A stretch of 64,000 nucleotides of DNA from NCBI GenBank assembly GCA_027063105.1, contig JAMOSL010000028.1, forward strand, positions 2,886 to 66,885, written 5' to 3'. The notes under the pieces are model-generated. The model was given only the letters and a program-made list of their open reading frames with translations. It did not search any database and had not been told where the DNA came from. The position numbers and the translations under genes were made by a program. Source of the stretch: Campylobacteraceae bacterium (GTDB taxonomy: Bacteria > Campylobacterota > Campylobacteria > Campylobacterales > Sulfurovaceae). Positions 31,809 to 40,014 of this stretch are shown here, piece by piece; within the stretch, counting starts at the first letter, position 1; each line of letters begins with the position of its first letter.

Positions 31809-33051
31809 ATCCTTTTTTTATTTTTATTAAAAGATCACTGTTTTTTAATTTTCTATTTTTAGTAGATACAATAGTTCCTGCTGCCATCCATAATAATAGA
31901 AATTCAGCAGAATATATTGCATAAGAATTAATCATCCATAGCAATAAATATATTACAATATAATATCCACAAGCCCTAGTAATAATATTTCTTGAAGCAA
32001 AAATACCTAAATAGGCTGCCGGAAGTAAGATTAAGAGATGCAATGCCATCATTATAATTCCACCTTTCAATATCATTTGGAGATATCCAACTTCATTGGC
32101 CATTCTATTTGGATTATCACCACCTAATCCATGTCTACGAGTATATTCAAAATATGGACTATAATATGTACCTGATGCACCTTTTCCTATAATTAATTGA
32201 TAAGGTTCTAAATCAGCAAATAATTCAACAAATAAAAATGTTCTTGTATCTGTTTGTGCATCTTCATCACCTTCAACTTTTTCTATCATTTTATCTACTT
32301 GTGAAAGTAGCAACATCATAAATATTAATATTCCAAATAAAACGGATATTTTTTTATACATTCCTACCTCCTTCTGTCTATAAAACTCAAATATCATAAA
32401 TGATATAATCATTAATATTAGCCCTAAATTTGCTCTTTGCCCAGAAAATATAGAATTTATTATAAACGCTAAAAGAGTTATATATGCTATTCGTTTATTT
32501 CGTTTATTATGATACATAGATGTCATAAATAAAATAGGTAAGAATACCATGTCTTTTGATATTCCAAAAATAAAATTCATACTATAAAATGGACTGCCTA
32601 ATGTTAATATAGAACCAATTAAAGATAGTGTTGATATAAAATCGAAAATCATTATCCAATTAAATATATTAAATCCAAATACAACCGCTAATGGACTCAT
32701 CCATGCCCAACCAATTAAAAAGTGCCCAAAAACTGTAATAAATGCTTGTGGATTTAAAGACAATGCTCTAAAAACTGTAATAAAACACCAACTAATTAAT
32801 AAAAAAAACATCACTTTAAAATAAGTATTTGTATCAAAATTTTTAAAAGCTATTTTGAAAAAGAATATTAATAATAGAATACTAGATAAATTCATAAATA
32901 ACATGCTAATTAATCTTATTATTCCACTTCCACCACCTGTAGCATTAAATATAAAAGCATTAATCATTGAACCAAACAGAATTATTTTAAGAGCTTGAAT
33001 CCTATTTATTTTTAGCATAAAATCTTTTTTTGAGAAAACTAATAATATCAA
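31789..33051 (-). CDS. O-antigen polymerase/ligase-family membrane protein (Wzy-like)
   Basis: 420 aa with about 10-11 TM helices and one large loop (EGDEDAQTDTR...RHGLGGDNPNR). It lies in the glycan operon. The start is uncertain. Confidence 0.55.
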   Translation of the reverse strand: MILLVFSKKDFMLKINRIQALKIILFGSMINAFIFNATGGGSGIIRLISMLFMNLSSILLLIFFFKIAFKNFDTNTYFKVMFFLLISWCFITVFRALSLNPQAFITVFGHFLIGWAWMSPLAVVFGFNIFNWIMIFDFISTLSLIGSILTLGSPFYSMNFIFGISKDMVFLPILFMTSMYHNKRNKRIAYITLLAFIINSIFSGQRANLGLILMIISFMIFEFYRQKEVGMYKKISVLFGILIFMMLLLSQVDKMIEKVEGDEDAQTDTRTFLFVELFADLEPYQLIIGKGASGTYYSPYFEYTRRHGLGGDNPNRMANEVGYLQMILKGGIIMMALHLLILLPAAYLGIFASRNIITRACGYYIVIYLLLWMINSYAIYSAEFLLLWMAAGTIVSTKNRKLKNSDLLIKIKKGYEFEKR

Positions 33052-33649
33052 AAATAGGTCTTATATTATTCTTCAAAAAGTTTTTAATAATTAAATATAT
33101 ATTTGGATTACATGCATGTGCATCTTTTATTGGAACTCTCCAATTCGCTCCATAATGTTTTATAAGATATTTCTCTGATTCCTTAGGAATTTTAAATTTA
33201 CTATCCATAAAATTATAATCTACAATATCTATTAAATATTTCTCTTTTAACCTTTCATTTCCAAACTCTCTATATCCAAATAATTTTTTTCTAAATATAT
33301 ATATATCTATATACTCACCATTACGAATTAAGCTTAAAATATCATCTGCATATCGACCTATTGTAAAATTATTGTTTAAAAAAATATTTAAAATATTTAA
33401 AAAATCGTCTCTATCTTCATCTAAGATAGCTACATCTATGTCTTCATCATGGGTTATAAAATCATTTTCTCTAATAGCTCCGAGGAGTGTTCCATAAGCT
33501 AAGGTAAAAATAATATTATGACTATCCATTATTTTTTGAAATTCTAATAAATTATCTTGTGCTATCTTTTTATCTATAAATTTTGAGCCTAATATAAATT
33601 TATAGGGTTCAAAATTTATATTTCCTTTATTTGTTTTAATAATTTGCAT
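33002..33649 (-). CDS. LicD-family phospho-headgroup transferase
   Basis: 215 aa. YGTLLGAIRENDFITHDEDIDVAI matches the LicD signature (GTLLGA.R...FIPWDDD.D). Confidence 0.8.
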   Translation of the reverse strand: MQIIKTNKGNINFEPYKFILGSKFIDKKIAQDNLLEFQKIMDSHNIIFTLAYGTLLGAIRENDFITHDEDIDVAILDEDRDDFLNILNIFLNNNFTIGRYADDILSLIRNGEYIDIYIFRKKLFGYREFGNERLKEKYLIDIVDYNFMDSKFKIPKESEKYLIKHYGANWRVPIKDAHACNPNIYLIIKNFLKNNIRPIFDIISFLKKRFYAKNK

Positions 33650-35454
33650 TATATATCTTTTAGTTTCTCTATCATAAATTCATTATCATTAAAATCTTTT
33701 ACTGCAATTCTGATATATTCTTTGTTCTCAAATCCAATTTTCCCTGTTAAGTCTTTTATATACAAATCATATCTATCTAATAATATCTCTGTAAGTTCTA
33801 AAGCTGAAAATTTACTATTTACCTCTATTAAAAAGTAGTTTGCTTGAGAATATATAACGCTAAGATAATCTATCTCTTTTAATCTATTATAGAATCTATC
33901 TCTCTCATTTGCAATAACATCACAAGCTTTTGTATAATCTTTTTTATATTTACCTATTGTCTGTAAAAAGAATTCACCATAAGAATTTATATTCCAAATA
34001 GTTAATTCTTCCTCTATTTTATTCATAATTTCTTCATTGCTTGTAGCTAATATACCAAGTCTAACACCAGGTACACCATAACTTTTTGAGATACTTTTTA
34101 TTATTATAAGATTTGAATAATTATCTAAAATATTTTGTTCCAACATACTCTCATCTTCGCCATTAGTCGAAAAATCTACAAATGATTCATCTAATATAAT
34201 ATTCTTATTCATATCTTTTAATTTTGATACTAAAATAATTAAATCATTTTTTGAAATGAAGTTTCCACTAGGATTATCTGGATTTATAAGTAGTAAATTA
34301 TCTGATATTTTTGCTAACTCTAACATATTATTTAGATCATAAGAAAACTCTTTGTTCTCTGGTATAAATTTAACAATTCGATCGTATCCTAAACTTTCTG
34401 GATATTCGTTAAATGTTGGAAATGCTAATCCAAATGTTCCATCTATAACATCGCCTAATCCTCGAATAATTTCAGATGCACCATTACCTACTATAATATT
34501 TTCACTCTCAATTCCAAACATTTTTCCAGCTAAAAGCCTTTGTGTCTCTTGTCCTGATGGATATTGAGATATAAGTTCATAAAAATAAGCTTTCATCTCT
34601 TCTTGCATCTTTTGTGTTGGAAAGTAAGGATTAACTAAATAGCAAAAGTCTTTTAATTCAGGAAATCTCCAATATCCACCATATCTGGCTTGAATAAGTT
34701 TTAATTTTTCTTTTGCATTTGGTGCAAATATAATTTCTGAATTAGCCTTATCTTGAATATCATCTATCTCATACCACTTTTCACCATTTAATCTCTTTGC
34801 TCTCAATTCATGTCCATCTAAAATAGTTAGAACTCTAAGAACAGATTCATAATATTCATTATCTCCCATAGCTTTTGAGTAAGCTTCTAAAAATGGAATA
34901 TATATTTTATTACTAAATTCTTTTGAAAATTTATATATATTTACTGTTTTATAATAGTTATTTACATCTTGAAATCGAAAGGTCTTTTTAGGTAAAAAAT
35001 TTATTATATTATCTTCATCATCTAGTGTTACAGAAGTTCCATCCATCCAAGCTTCATATTTATCTACAATTGCTAAAGATTTTCTTTCATCCTCTACTAA
35101 ATCTTGTAATATTTTTTTATCAAATATAATATCACTTTCTAATAAAATAGTATCGTCTTCTGCTAATTTATCCCTTGCGAGAAATAGAGAATATATATTA
35201 TTTGTTTTATCATATATTGGATTTTCTACATACTCTATCTCTACATCTTTATATCTGTCTCCAATATGAGAAATTAGATTATCTTTTTTGTATCCAACAA
35301 CTAAAATAAGTTTTTTTATTCCTACGCTATTTATATTCTCTAGTGCTTGTTTAATTAATGTTTCTCCATTAACCTCTAACATACATTTTGTATTCTCTTT
35401 TGTATGTTTACCTAACCTACTTCCTGTTCCTGCTGCGAGCATTAGACCCTGCAT
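33649..35454 (-). CDS. Bifunctional LicC-like nucleotidyltransferase / class I-II aminotransferase-fold PLP enzyme
   Basis: 601 aa. The N-terminal LMLAAGTGSRLG is a sugar/phospho-base nucleotidyltransferase loop. The C-terminal NPDNPSG and SISKSYGVPGVRLG are the PLP-lysine motif of the HisC/CobD fold. Confidence 0.8.
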   Translation of the reverse strand: MQGLMLAAGTGSRLGKHTKENTKCMLEVNGETLIKQALENINSVGIKKLILVVGYKKDNLISHIGDRYKDVEIEYVENPIYDKTNNIYSLFLARDKLAEDDTILLESDIIFDKKILQDLVEDERKSLAIVDKYEAWMDGTSVTLDDEDNIINFLPKKTFRFQDVNNYYKTVNIYKFSKEFSNKIYIPFLEAYSKAMGDNEYYESVLRVLTILDGHELRAKRLNGEKWYEIDDIQDKANSEIIFAPNAKEKLKLIQARYGGYWRFPELKDFCYLVNPYFPTQKMQEEMKAYFYELISQYPSGQETQRLLAGKMFGIESENIIVGNGASEIIRGLGDVIDGTFGLAFPTFNEYPESLGYDRIVKFIPENKEFSYDLNNMLELAKISDNLLLINPDNPSGNFISKNDLIILVSKLKDMNKNIILDESFVDFSTNGEDESMLEQNILDNYSNLIIIKSISKSYGVPGVRLGILATSNEEIMNKIEEELTIWNINSYGEFFLQTIGKYKKDYTKACDVIANERDRFYNRLKEIDYLSVIYSQANYFLIEVNSKFSALELTEILLDRYDLYIKDLTGKIGFENKEYIRIAVKDFNDNEFMIEKLKDI

Positions 35455-35455
35455 T

Positions 35456-36703
35456 TTATCTCCTTTTCCAGAGTAATTTCTCTCTGTTTATGTAATATCC
35501 CCGAAATAGCAGTCCTGACAACTCATATATAACAATAGAGAATGCCACCATATATATATCATTAAATAATATAGAACTTATGCTAATAGCTATTAAATAT
35601 ATAAAAGATGCATAAATTAAACTATTATTTGCGTATTTTATATGTCCAAATCCAGCTAATAATGGATAACCAACTAATGCACTCATAATTCCAAATATAG
35701 AACCACTAAATACAATAATAAATAATTTTGACAACATTATATCTTCTACATTAAAAACTAACAATAGTAATTCTTTATTGAAATACATTGTTGGTATTAA
35801 TATTATTATAGATAATAGTATTATAGATAAAAAAATCTTTTTAAAAAATCTAATATCTTTTGTTCTGCTCATATAAGGATAAATTGTTTGAGATACTACT
35901 CCACCTAAGCTCATAAAAGCAAAAAAAAGCTTTTCAACCATAGAATAATATCCAACTGCTATATTTCCAAAATATATTCCTATTATAGCTGTAGCATAAT
36001 ATCTACTACCATTATTAGCAACTCTGGATAAAAAGAAATGATAACTATCTACAAATTGTTTTTTTAATATATCAAATTTTGGAATTTTAAATTTAATATC
36101 AAATAATTTATTTATAAGAAATAAAGAGTATATTCCTCCCAAAATTGCCCCTAATGAATTTAAAATAGGAACAAATATATAATCATTTTCATCTTTTACA
36201 AAAACAAAAATTAAAACCGTAAATATGACTCTAAATGAAACATTTATATATGTAATATATTTCATTCTTTCCATTCCTTGAAAAAACCAAGTAGGGAATA
36301 AAACCGTTCCTAATACTATACCAAATGTCATATAATATAATAATGCATTTTTGCTAAAACTTTCTATAAAAAAGATTAGAAAAAATAATATCAAAAACGA
36401 TAAAATAAACAGAATCGTTTGTATTATAATGACTGAAGAAAAAATTTCTGTAACTTTTTGATGATTATCTCTATTTATAGAGAGTTCTCTGGTTGCAGAC
36501 AAACTAAATCCAAAACTAACTATGATAGTAAAAAACATAACAATAGATAATGCAAAATTAATTAATCCAAAATTCTCAACACCTAAAACTCTAACAAGAT
36601 ATGGTAAAGTTATAAGTGGCAGTATCATATTAATTCCTTGCAACGCAGAAAGTGAAAAAAAGTTTGATAGGAGTCTTTTTTTATCTTCTGTAAGTTTTAA
36701 CAT
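35456..36703 (-). CDS. wzx: Wzx-type polysaccharide flippase (MOP superfamily)
   Basis: 415 aa with about 12 TM helices and the N-terminal FFSLSALQGINMILPLITLPYLVRVLG signature of O-unit flippases. Confidence 0.8.
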   Translation of the reverse strand: MLKLTEDKKRLLSNFFSLSALQGINMILPLITLPYLVRVLGVENFGLINFALSIVMFFTIIVSFGFSLSATRELSINRDNHQKVTEIFSSVIIIQTILFILSFLILFFLIFFIESFSKNALLYYMTFGIVLGTVLFPTWFFQGMERMKYITYINVSFRVIFTVLIFVFVKDENDYIFVPILNSLGAILGGIYSLFLINKLFDIKFKIPKFDILKKQFVDSYHFFLSRVANNGSRYYATAIIGIYFGNIAVGYYSMVEKLFFAFMSLGGVVSQTIYPYMSRTKDIRFFKKIFLSIILLSIIILIPTMYFNKELLLLVFNVEDIMLSKLFIIVFSGSIFGIMSALVGYPLLAGFGHIKYANNSLIYASFIYLIAISISSILFNDIYMVAFSIVIYELSGLLFRGYYINREKLLWKRR

Positions 36704-36706
36704 AAA

Positions 36707-37798
36707 TTAATTATTCTTTTTAATATACCAGTTGTATAGCTTTTCAATTCCATCACTAAGTTCAACAGTATGTTTCCAACCTAAATTATTTAGTTTTGTT
36801 ACATCTGTAAGCTTTTTCATTGTTCCATCAGGTTTATCTGTATTAAAATATAACTTACCATTAAATCCAATAGTATCCTTTATTGTATATGCTAACTCTT
36901 TAATGCTTATATCAATACCTGTACCTATGTTAATATGAGTATTTCTAACCTCTTTTTCATTTTCTGGATAGGTATCTTTAAAATCTCTATTCTCCATTAA
37001 GAAAACACAAGCATCTGCCATATCTAAACTCCAAAGAAATTCTCTTCGTGGTAACCCACTACCCCAAATTTCTATCTGAAGCTTATTATTTGAACAATGT
37101 ACACCATAACTATCTAATTTAGCAATAATATCCTCTTTAGAACTATTACCATCTATATCTTCAATAGGTAGAGAATTTAAATCAGCTCTAATATCCACCC
37201 AATTATCATCTTCTAACGCTTTACCTAAATGTATTTTTCTAATTAATGCAGGTAGTACATGACTCTTTACTAAATCAAAATTATCATTTGGTCCATAGAG
37301 ATTAGTAGGCATTACAGATATAAAATTTGTACCATATTGTAAATTATAACTTTCACACATCTTAATTCCTGCAATTTTTGCAACAGCATAAGGCTCATTT
37401 GTATACTCTAATGGAGAAGTTAATAATACATTCTCATTCATAGGCTGAGGTGCTTCTTTAGGATATATACAAGTGCTTCCTAAATATAAAAGTTTTTCAA
37501 CACCATTAAGATAACTTTGGTGAATAATATTATTTTGAACTTGAATATTTTCATATATAAATTCTGCACGATATATATTGTTTGCAATAATACCACCAAC
37601 TTTAGCTGCTGCTAAAATAACAAATTCTGGCTTTTCTTCTTTGAAGAATTTAGAAACAGCATAACTGTCTAATAAATCTAACTCTTTATGGGTTCTGCCA
37701 ATAATATTATTATAGCCCTTCGATTTTAAGTTTGCTACAATTGCACTACCAACTAATCCATTATGACCAGCTACATATATTTTTGAATTTAAATTCAC
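36707..37798 (-). CDS. fcl: GDP-L-fucose synthase (GDP-4-keto-6-deoxymannose 3,5-epimerase/4-reductase)
   Basis: 363 aa with a GTG start, KIYVAGHNGLVGSAI, the YAVAKIAG catalytic YxxxK, and PTNLYGPNDNF. Confidence 0.88.
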   Translation of the reverse strand: MNLNSKIYVAGHNGLVGSAIVANLKSKGYNNIIGRTHKELDLLDSYAVSKFFKEEKPEFVILAAAKVGGIIANNIYRAEFIYENIQVQNNIIHQSYLNGVEKLLYLGSTCIYPKEAPQPMNENVLLTSPLEYTNEPYAVAKIAGIKMCESYNLQYGTNFISVMPTNLYGPNDNFDLVKSHVLPALIRKIHLGKALEDDNWVDIRADLNSLPIEDIDGNSSKEDIIAKLDSYGVHCSNNKLQIEIWGSGLPRREFLWSLDMADACVFLMENRDFKDTYPENEKEVRNTHINIGTGIDISIKELAYTIKDTIGFNGKLYFNTDKPDGTMKKLTDVTKLNNLGWKHTVELSDGIEKLYNWYIKKNN

Positions 37799-37863
37799 TA
37801 AAGACCTTTTTAATAAAGTTTATCATAAATCAATAATATCACTATTTATCTTATAATAAAATT
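37784..37863. repeat. Direct repeat copy A (first 15 nt of fcl plus its upstream region)
   Basis: 80 nt that aligns with 38477-38560 at roughly 80-85% identity with two small indels (hand alignment). Confidence 0.85.
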
Positions 37864-37866
37864 ATA

Positions 37867-38376
37867 TCATATATTCATACTTATAATTTTTGCAGGATTA
37901 CCTGCTACTATAGTATTTACTGCTACATCTTTTATTACAACTGAACCAGCACCAATAATAGAGTTATCCCCTATCTTAATATTACCTATGATTACACTGT
38001 TTGGAGCTATTATAACATTATCTCCGATTATTGGAGAACCTAGATTATTGCCATCTTTATCCATTTTATTACCTATTGTTGTATTATGTTTTAAAGTTAC
38101 ATTATTCCCTATAACAACATCAGCATTTAAAACTGTACCTCTGCCATGATGTATAATTAAGCCTCTTCCTATTTTTGTTGAAGCTGGTATTTCACAGCCT
38201 AAGACTATATCAGTAATAAATTTATATATAATAATTATAGGTGCAAAAAGTATGTATAAGAATCTATTAGTCATTCTTTTACGAAAATATCTCATAATAG
38301 TATATGATATCACTATTATTTTACCTTTTATATTTTTATTATTTTTATTATCTTCTATAATATTATTTATTAACAT
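37867..38376 (-). CDS. Hexapeptide-repeat O-acetyltransferase (CysE/WcaB-like)
   Basis: 169 aa with left-handed beta-helix repeats (IGRGLIIHHGRGTVLNADVVIGNNVTL...IGDNVIIAPNSVIIGNIKIGDNSIIGAGSVV). Confidence 0.8.
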   Translation of the reverse strand: MLINNIIEDNKNNKNIKGKIIVISYTIMRYFRKRMTNRFLYILFAPIIIIYKFITDIVLGCEIPASTKIGRGLIIHHGRGTVLNADVVIGNNVTLKHNTTIGNKMDKDGNNLGSPIIGDNVIIAPNSVIIGNIKIGDNSIIGAGSVVIKDVAVNTIVAGNPAKIISMNI

Positions 38377-38377
38377 C

Positions 38378-38410
38378 TGTATTTCCTCTCATATCCTATT
38401 AATCCACCTT
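38378..38410 (-). pseudogene. Remnant of the 3' end of the ACC-deaminase/DcyD-family gene
   Basis: 18 + 15 nt identical to 40940-40957 and 40979-40993 (the C-terminal codons of the gene at 40935-41816), with a 21-nt internal deletion. It ends exactly at the acetyltransferase ATG. Confidence 0.75.
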
Positions 38411-38491
38411 TAAACTTTAACAAGCAGCTCAAATAATAAACTTAGGTTTCTCTTCTGTAAGAAATCTAACTCTTTATGAATTTGAATTCAC
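38411..38491 (-). pseudogene. Degraded 5' fragment of a second fcl allele
   Basis: The minus strand reads GTGAATTCAAATTCA, then TAAAGAGTTAGATTT, then agaagagaaacctaagtttattatttgagctgcttgttaaagtt. These align with fcl codons 1-5, about 37-42 and about 53-67, with two internal deletions and an in-frame TAA. Confidence 0.7.
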
Positions 38492-38560
38492 TAAAGACCT
38501 TTTAATAAAGTTTATTATAATTATGATATATAATATCAGTACTTATCTTATAGGAGAATT
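38477..38560. repeat. Direct repeat copy B (fcl 5' remnant plus upstream region, now the 5' leader of the MBOAT gene)
   Basis: 84 nt homologous to 37784-37863. It ends in taggagaatt-ATG, which provides the AGGAG ribosome-binding site of the MBOAT gene. Confidence 0.85.
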
Positions 38561-40006
38561 ATGTTATTTAATAGCTATGAGTTTATTTTTATATTTTTGC
38601 CAGTATCTTTTTTGATATATTTTTATCTAAATTATAAAAAATTTATAATTTTATCCAAGGGTTGGCTGATCTTATCATCACTCTTTTTTTATAGTTGGTG
38701 GAATATTATATATTTACCACTTATTTTAATATCTATGTTATTTAATTATTATATTGGTTCAAAATTATCAAAGGATAATAATAAATTTATATTATCTTTT
38801 GGAATAATAATGAATCTATTATTACTGTTCTATTTTAAATATTTTGATTTTTTTCTAGTAAATATAAATATATTATTTCATTTAGATTATGAATTAATAA
38901 ATTTAGCACTACCTCTAGCTATATCATTTTTTACATTTCAACAAATAGCTTATTTAATAGATAGTTATAAACAAGAAACAAAAGAATATGACTTCTTGAA
39001 TTATTCACTTTTTGTCACATTCTTTCCTCAATTAATAGCTGGTCCAATAGTTCATCATAAGGAAATGATGCCACAATTTTCTAAGTTAAATAATAAATTC
39101 ATAAATTATAAGAATATATCAATGGGAATTTTTATATTTTCTATTGGACTATTTAAAAAAGTTATTATTGCTGATACATTTGCTAAATATGCTAACTATG
39201 GATTTAATACATCTCAACCATTAGATTTATTAGAATCATGGATTACTAGTTTATCATATACATTTCAGTTATATTTTGATTTTAGTGGTTATACAGATAT
39301 GGCTATTGGATTAGCTCTTTTATTCAATATTATTCTACCTATAAACTTTAATAGTCCATACAAGGCTTTAAATATTCAAGATTTTTGGAGAAGATGGCAT
39401 ATTACACTTAGTAGATTTTTAAAAGATTATTTATATATTCCATTAGGGGGGAATAGGTATGGAGATATAAGAACTTATTCTAATTTACTAATAACTTTTA
39501 TATTAGCAGGAGTATGGCATGGAGCTGGTTGGACATTTATTTTTTGGGGCTTTCTACATGGTATTGCATTAATAATACATAGAGTATGGAGTAAAGTTTT
39601 AAGATTTAGTATCTCAAAAGTATTTGCATGGTTTATAACTTTTAACTTTATAAATATAGCTTGGGTATTTTTTAGAGCAAATGAATGGAATGATGCTATT
39701 AGAATTTTAAGTGGAATGATTGGATTAAACGGAATACATCTTCCAAGTTTCTTTACTTCAAAGTTATCATTTTTACAACAATATTATAATATAGAATTTA
39801 GTAATTTTTTATCTAATATTCACGGAGACTTAACTATACTAGTATTTTTACCTATAGCGTTTATAATTACTATATTTTTTAATAATTCTATATCATATTT
39901 AAATAAAAACTATACAACTATTCATGCATTCTTTATATCTTTTATTTTGATTATTTCTATATATTCTTTAGGCAATAAATCTGAATTTTTATACTTCAAT
40001 TTTTAA
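38561..40006 (+). CDS. MBOAT-family membrane O-acyltransferase (AlgI/DltB-like)
   Basis: 481 aa, polytopic. It has FWRRWHITLSRFLKDYLYIPLGGNR and the conserved His in VWHGAGW. Confidence 0.88.
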   Translation: MLFNSYEFIFIFLPVSFLIYFYLNYKKFIILSKGWLILSSLFFYSWWNIIYLPLILISMLFNYYIGSKLSKDNNKFILSFGIIMNLLLLFYFKYFDFFLVNINILFHLDYELINLALPLAISFFTFQQIAYLIDSYKQETKEYDFLNYSLFVTFFPQLIAGPIVHHKEMMPQFSKLNNKFINYKNISMGIFIFSIGLFKKVIIADTFAKYANYGFNTSQPLDLLESWITSLSYTFQLYFDFSGYTDMAIGLALLFNIILPINFNSPYKALNIQDFWRRWHITLSRFLKDYLYIPLGGNRYGDIRTYSNLLITFILAGVWHGAGWTFIFWGFLHGIALIIHRVWSKVLRFSISKVFAWFITFNFINIAWVFFRANEWNDAIRILSGMIGLNGIHLPSFFTSKLSFLQQYYNIEFSNFLSNIHGDLTILVFLPIAFIITIFFNNSISYLNKNYTTIHAFFISFILIISIYSLGNKSEFLYFNF

Positions 40007-40014
40007 GGACAATT

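Noticed and set aside
39445-39452. G6 run (ttaggggggaat) in the MBOAT gene and an A8 run at 40131-40138 in its partner gene, considered as phase-variation tracts.
   Set aside because: The G run encodes the conserved PLGGN motif and is shorter than the poly-G tracts (about 8 or more) that slip in Campylobacter. A/T runs of this length are common throughout this AT-rich window.
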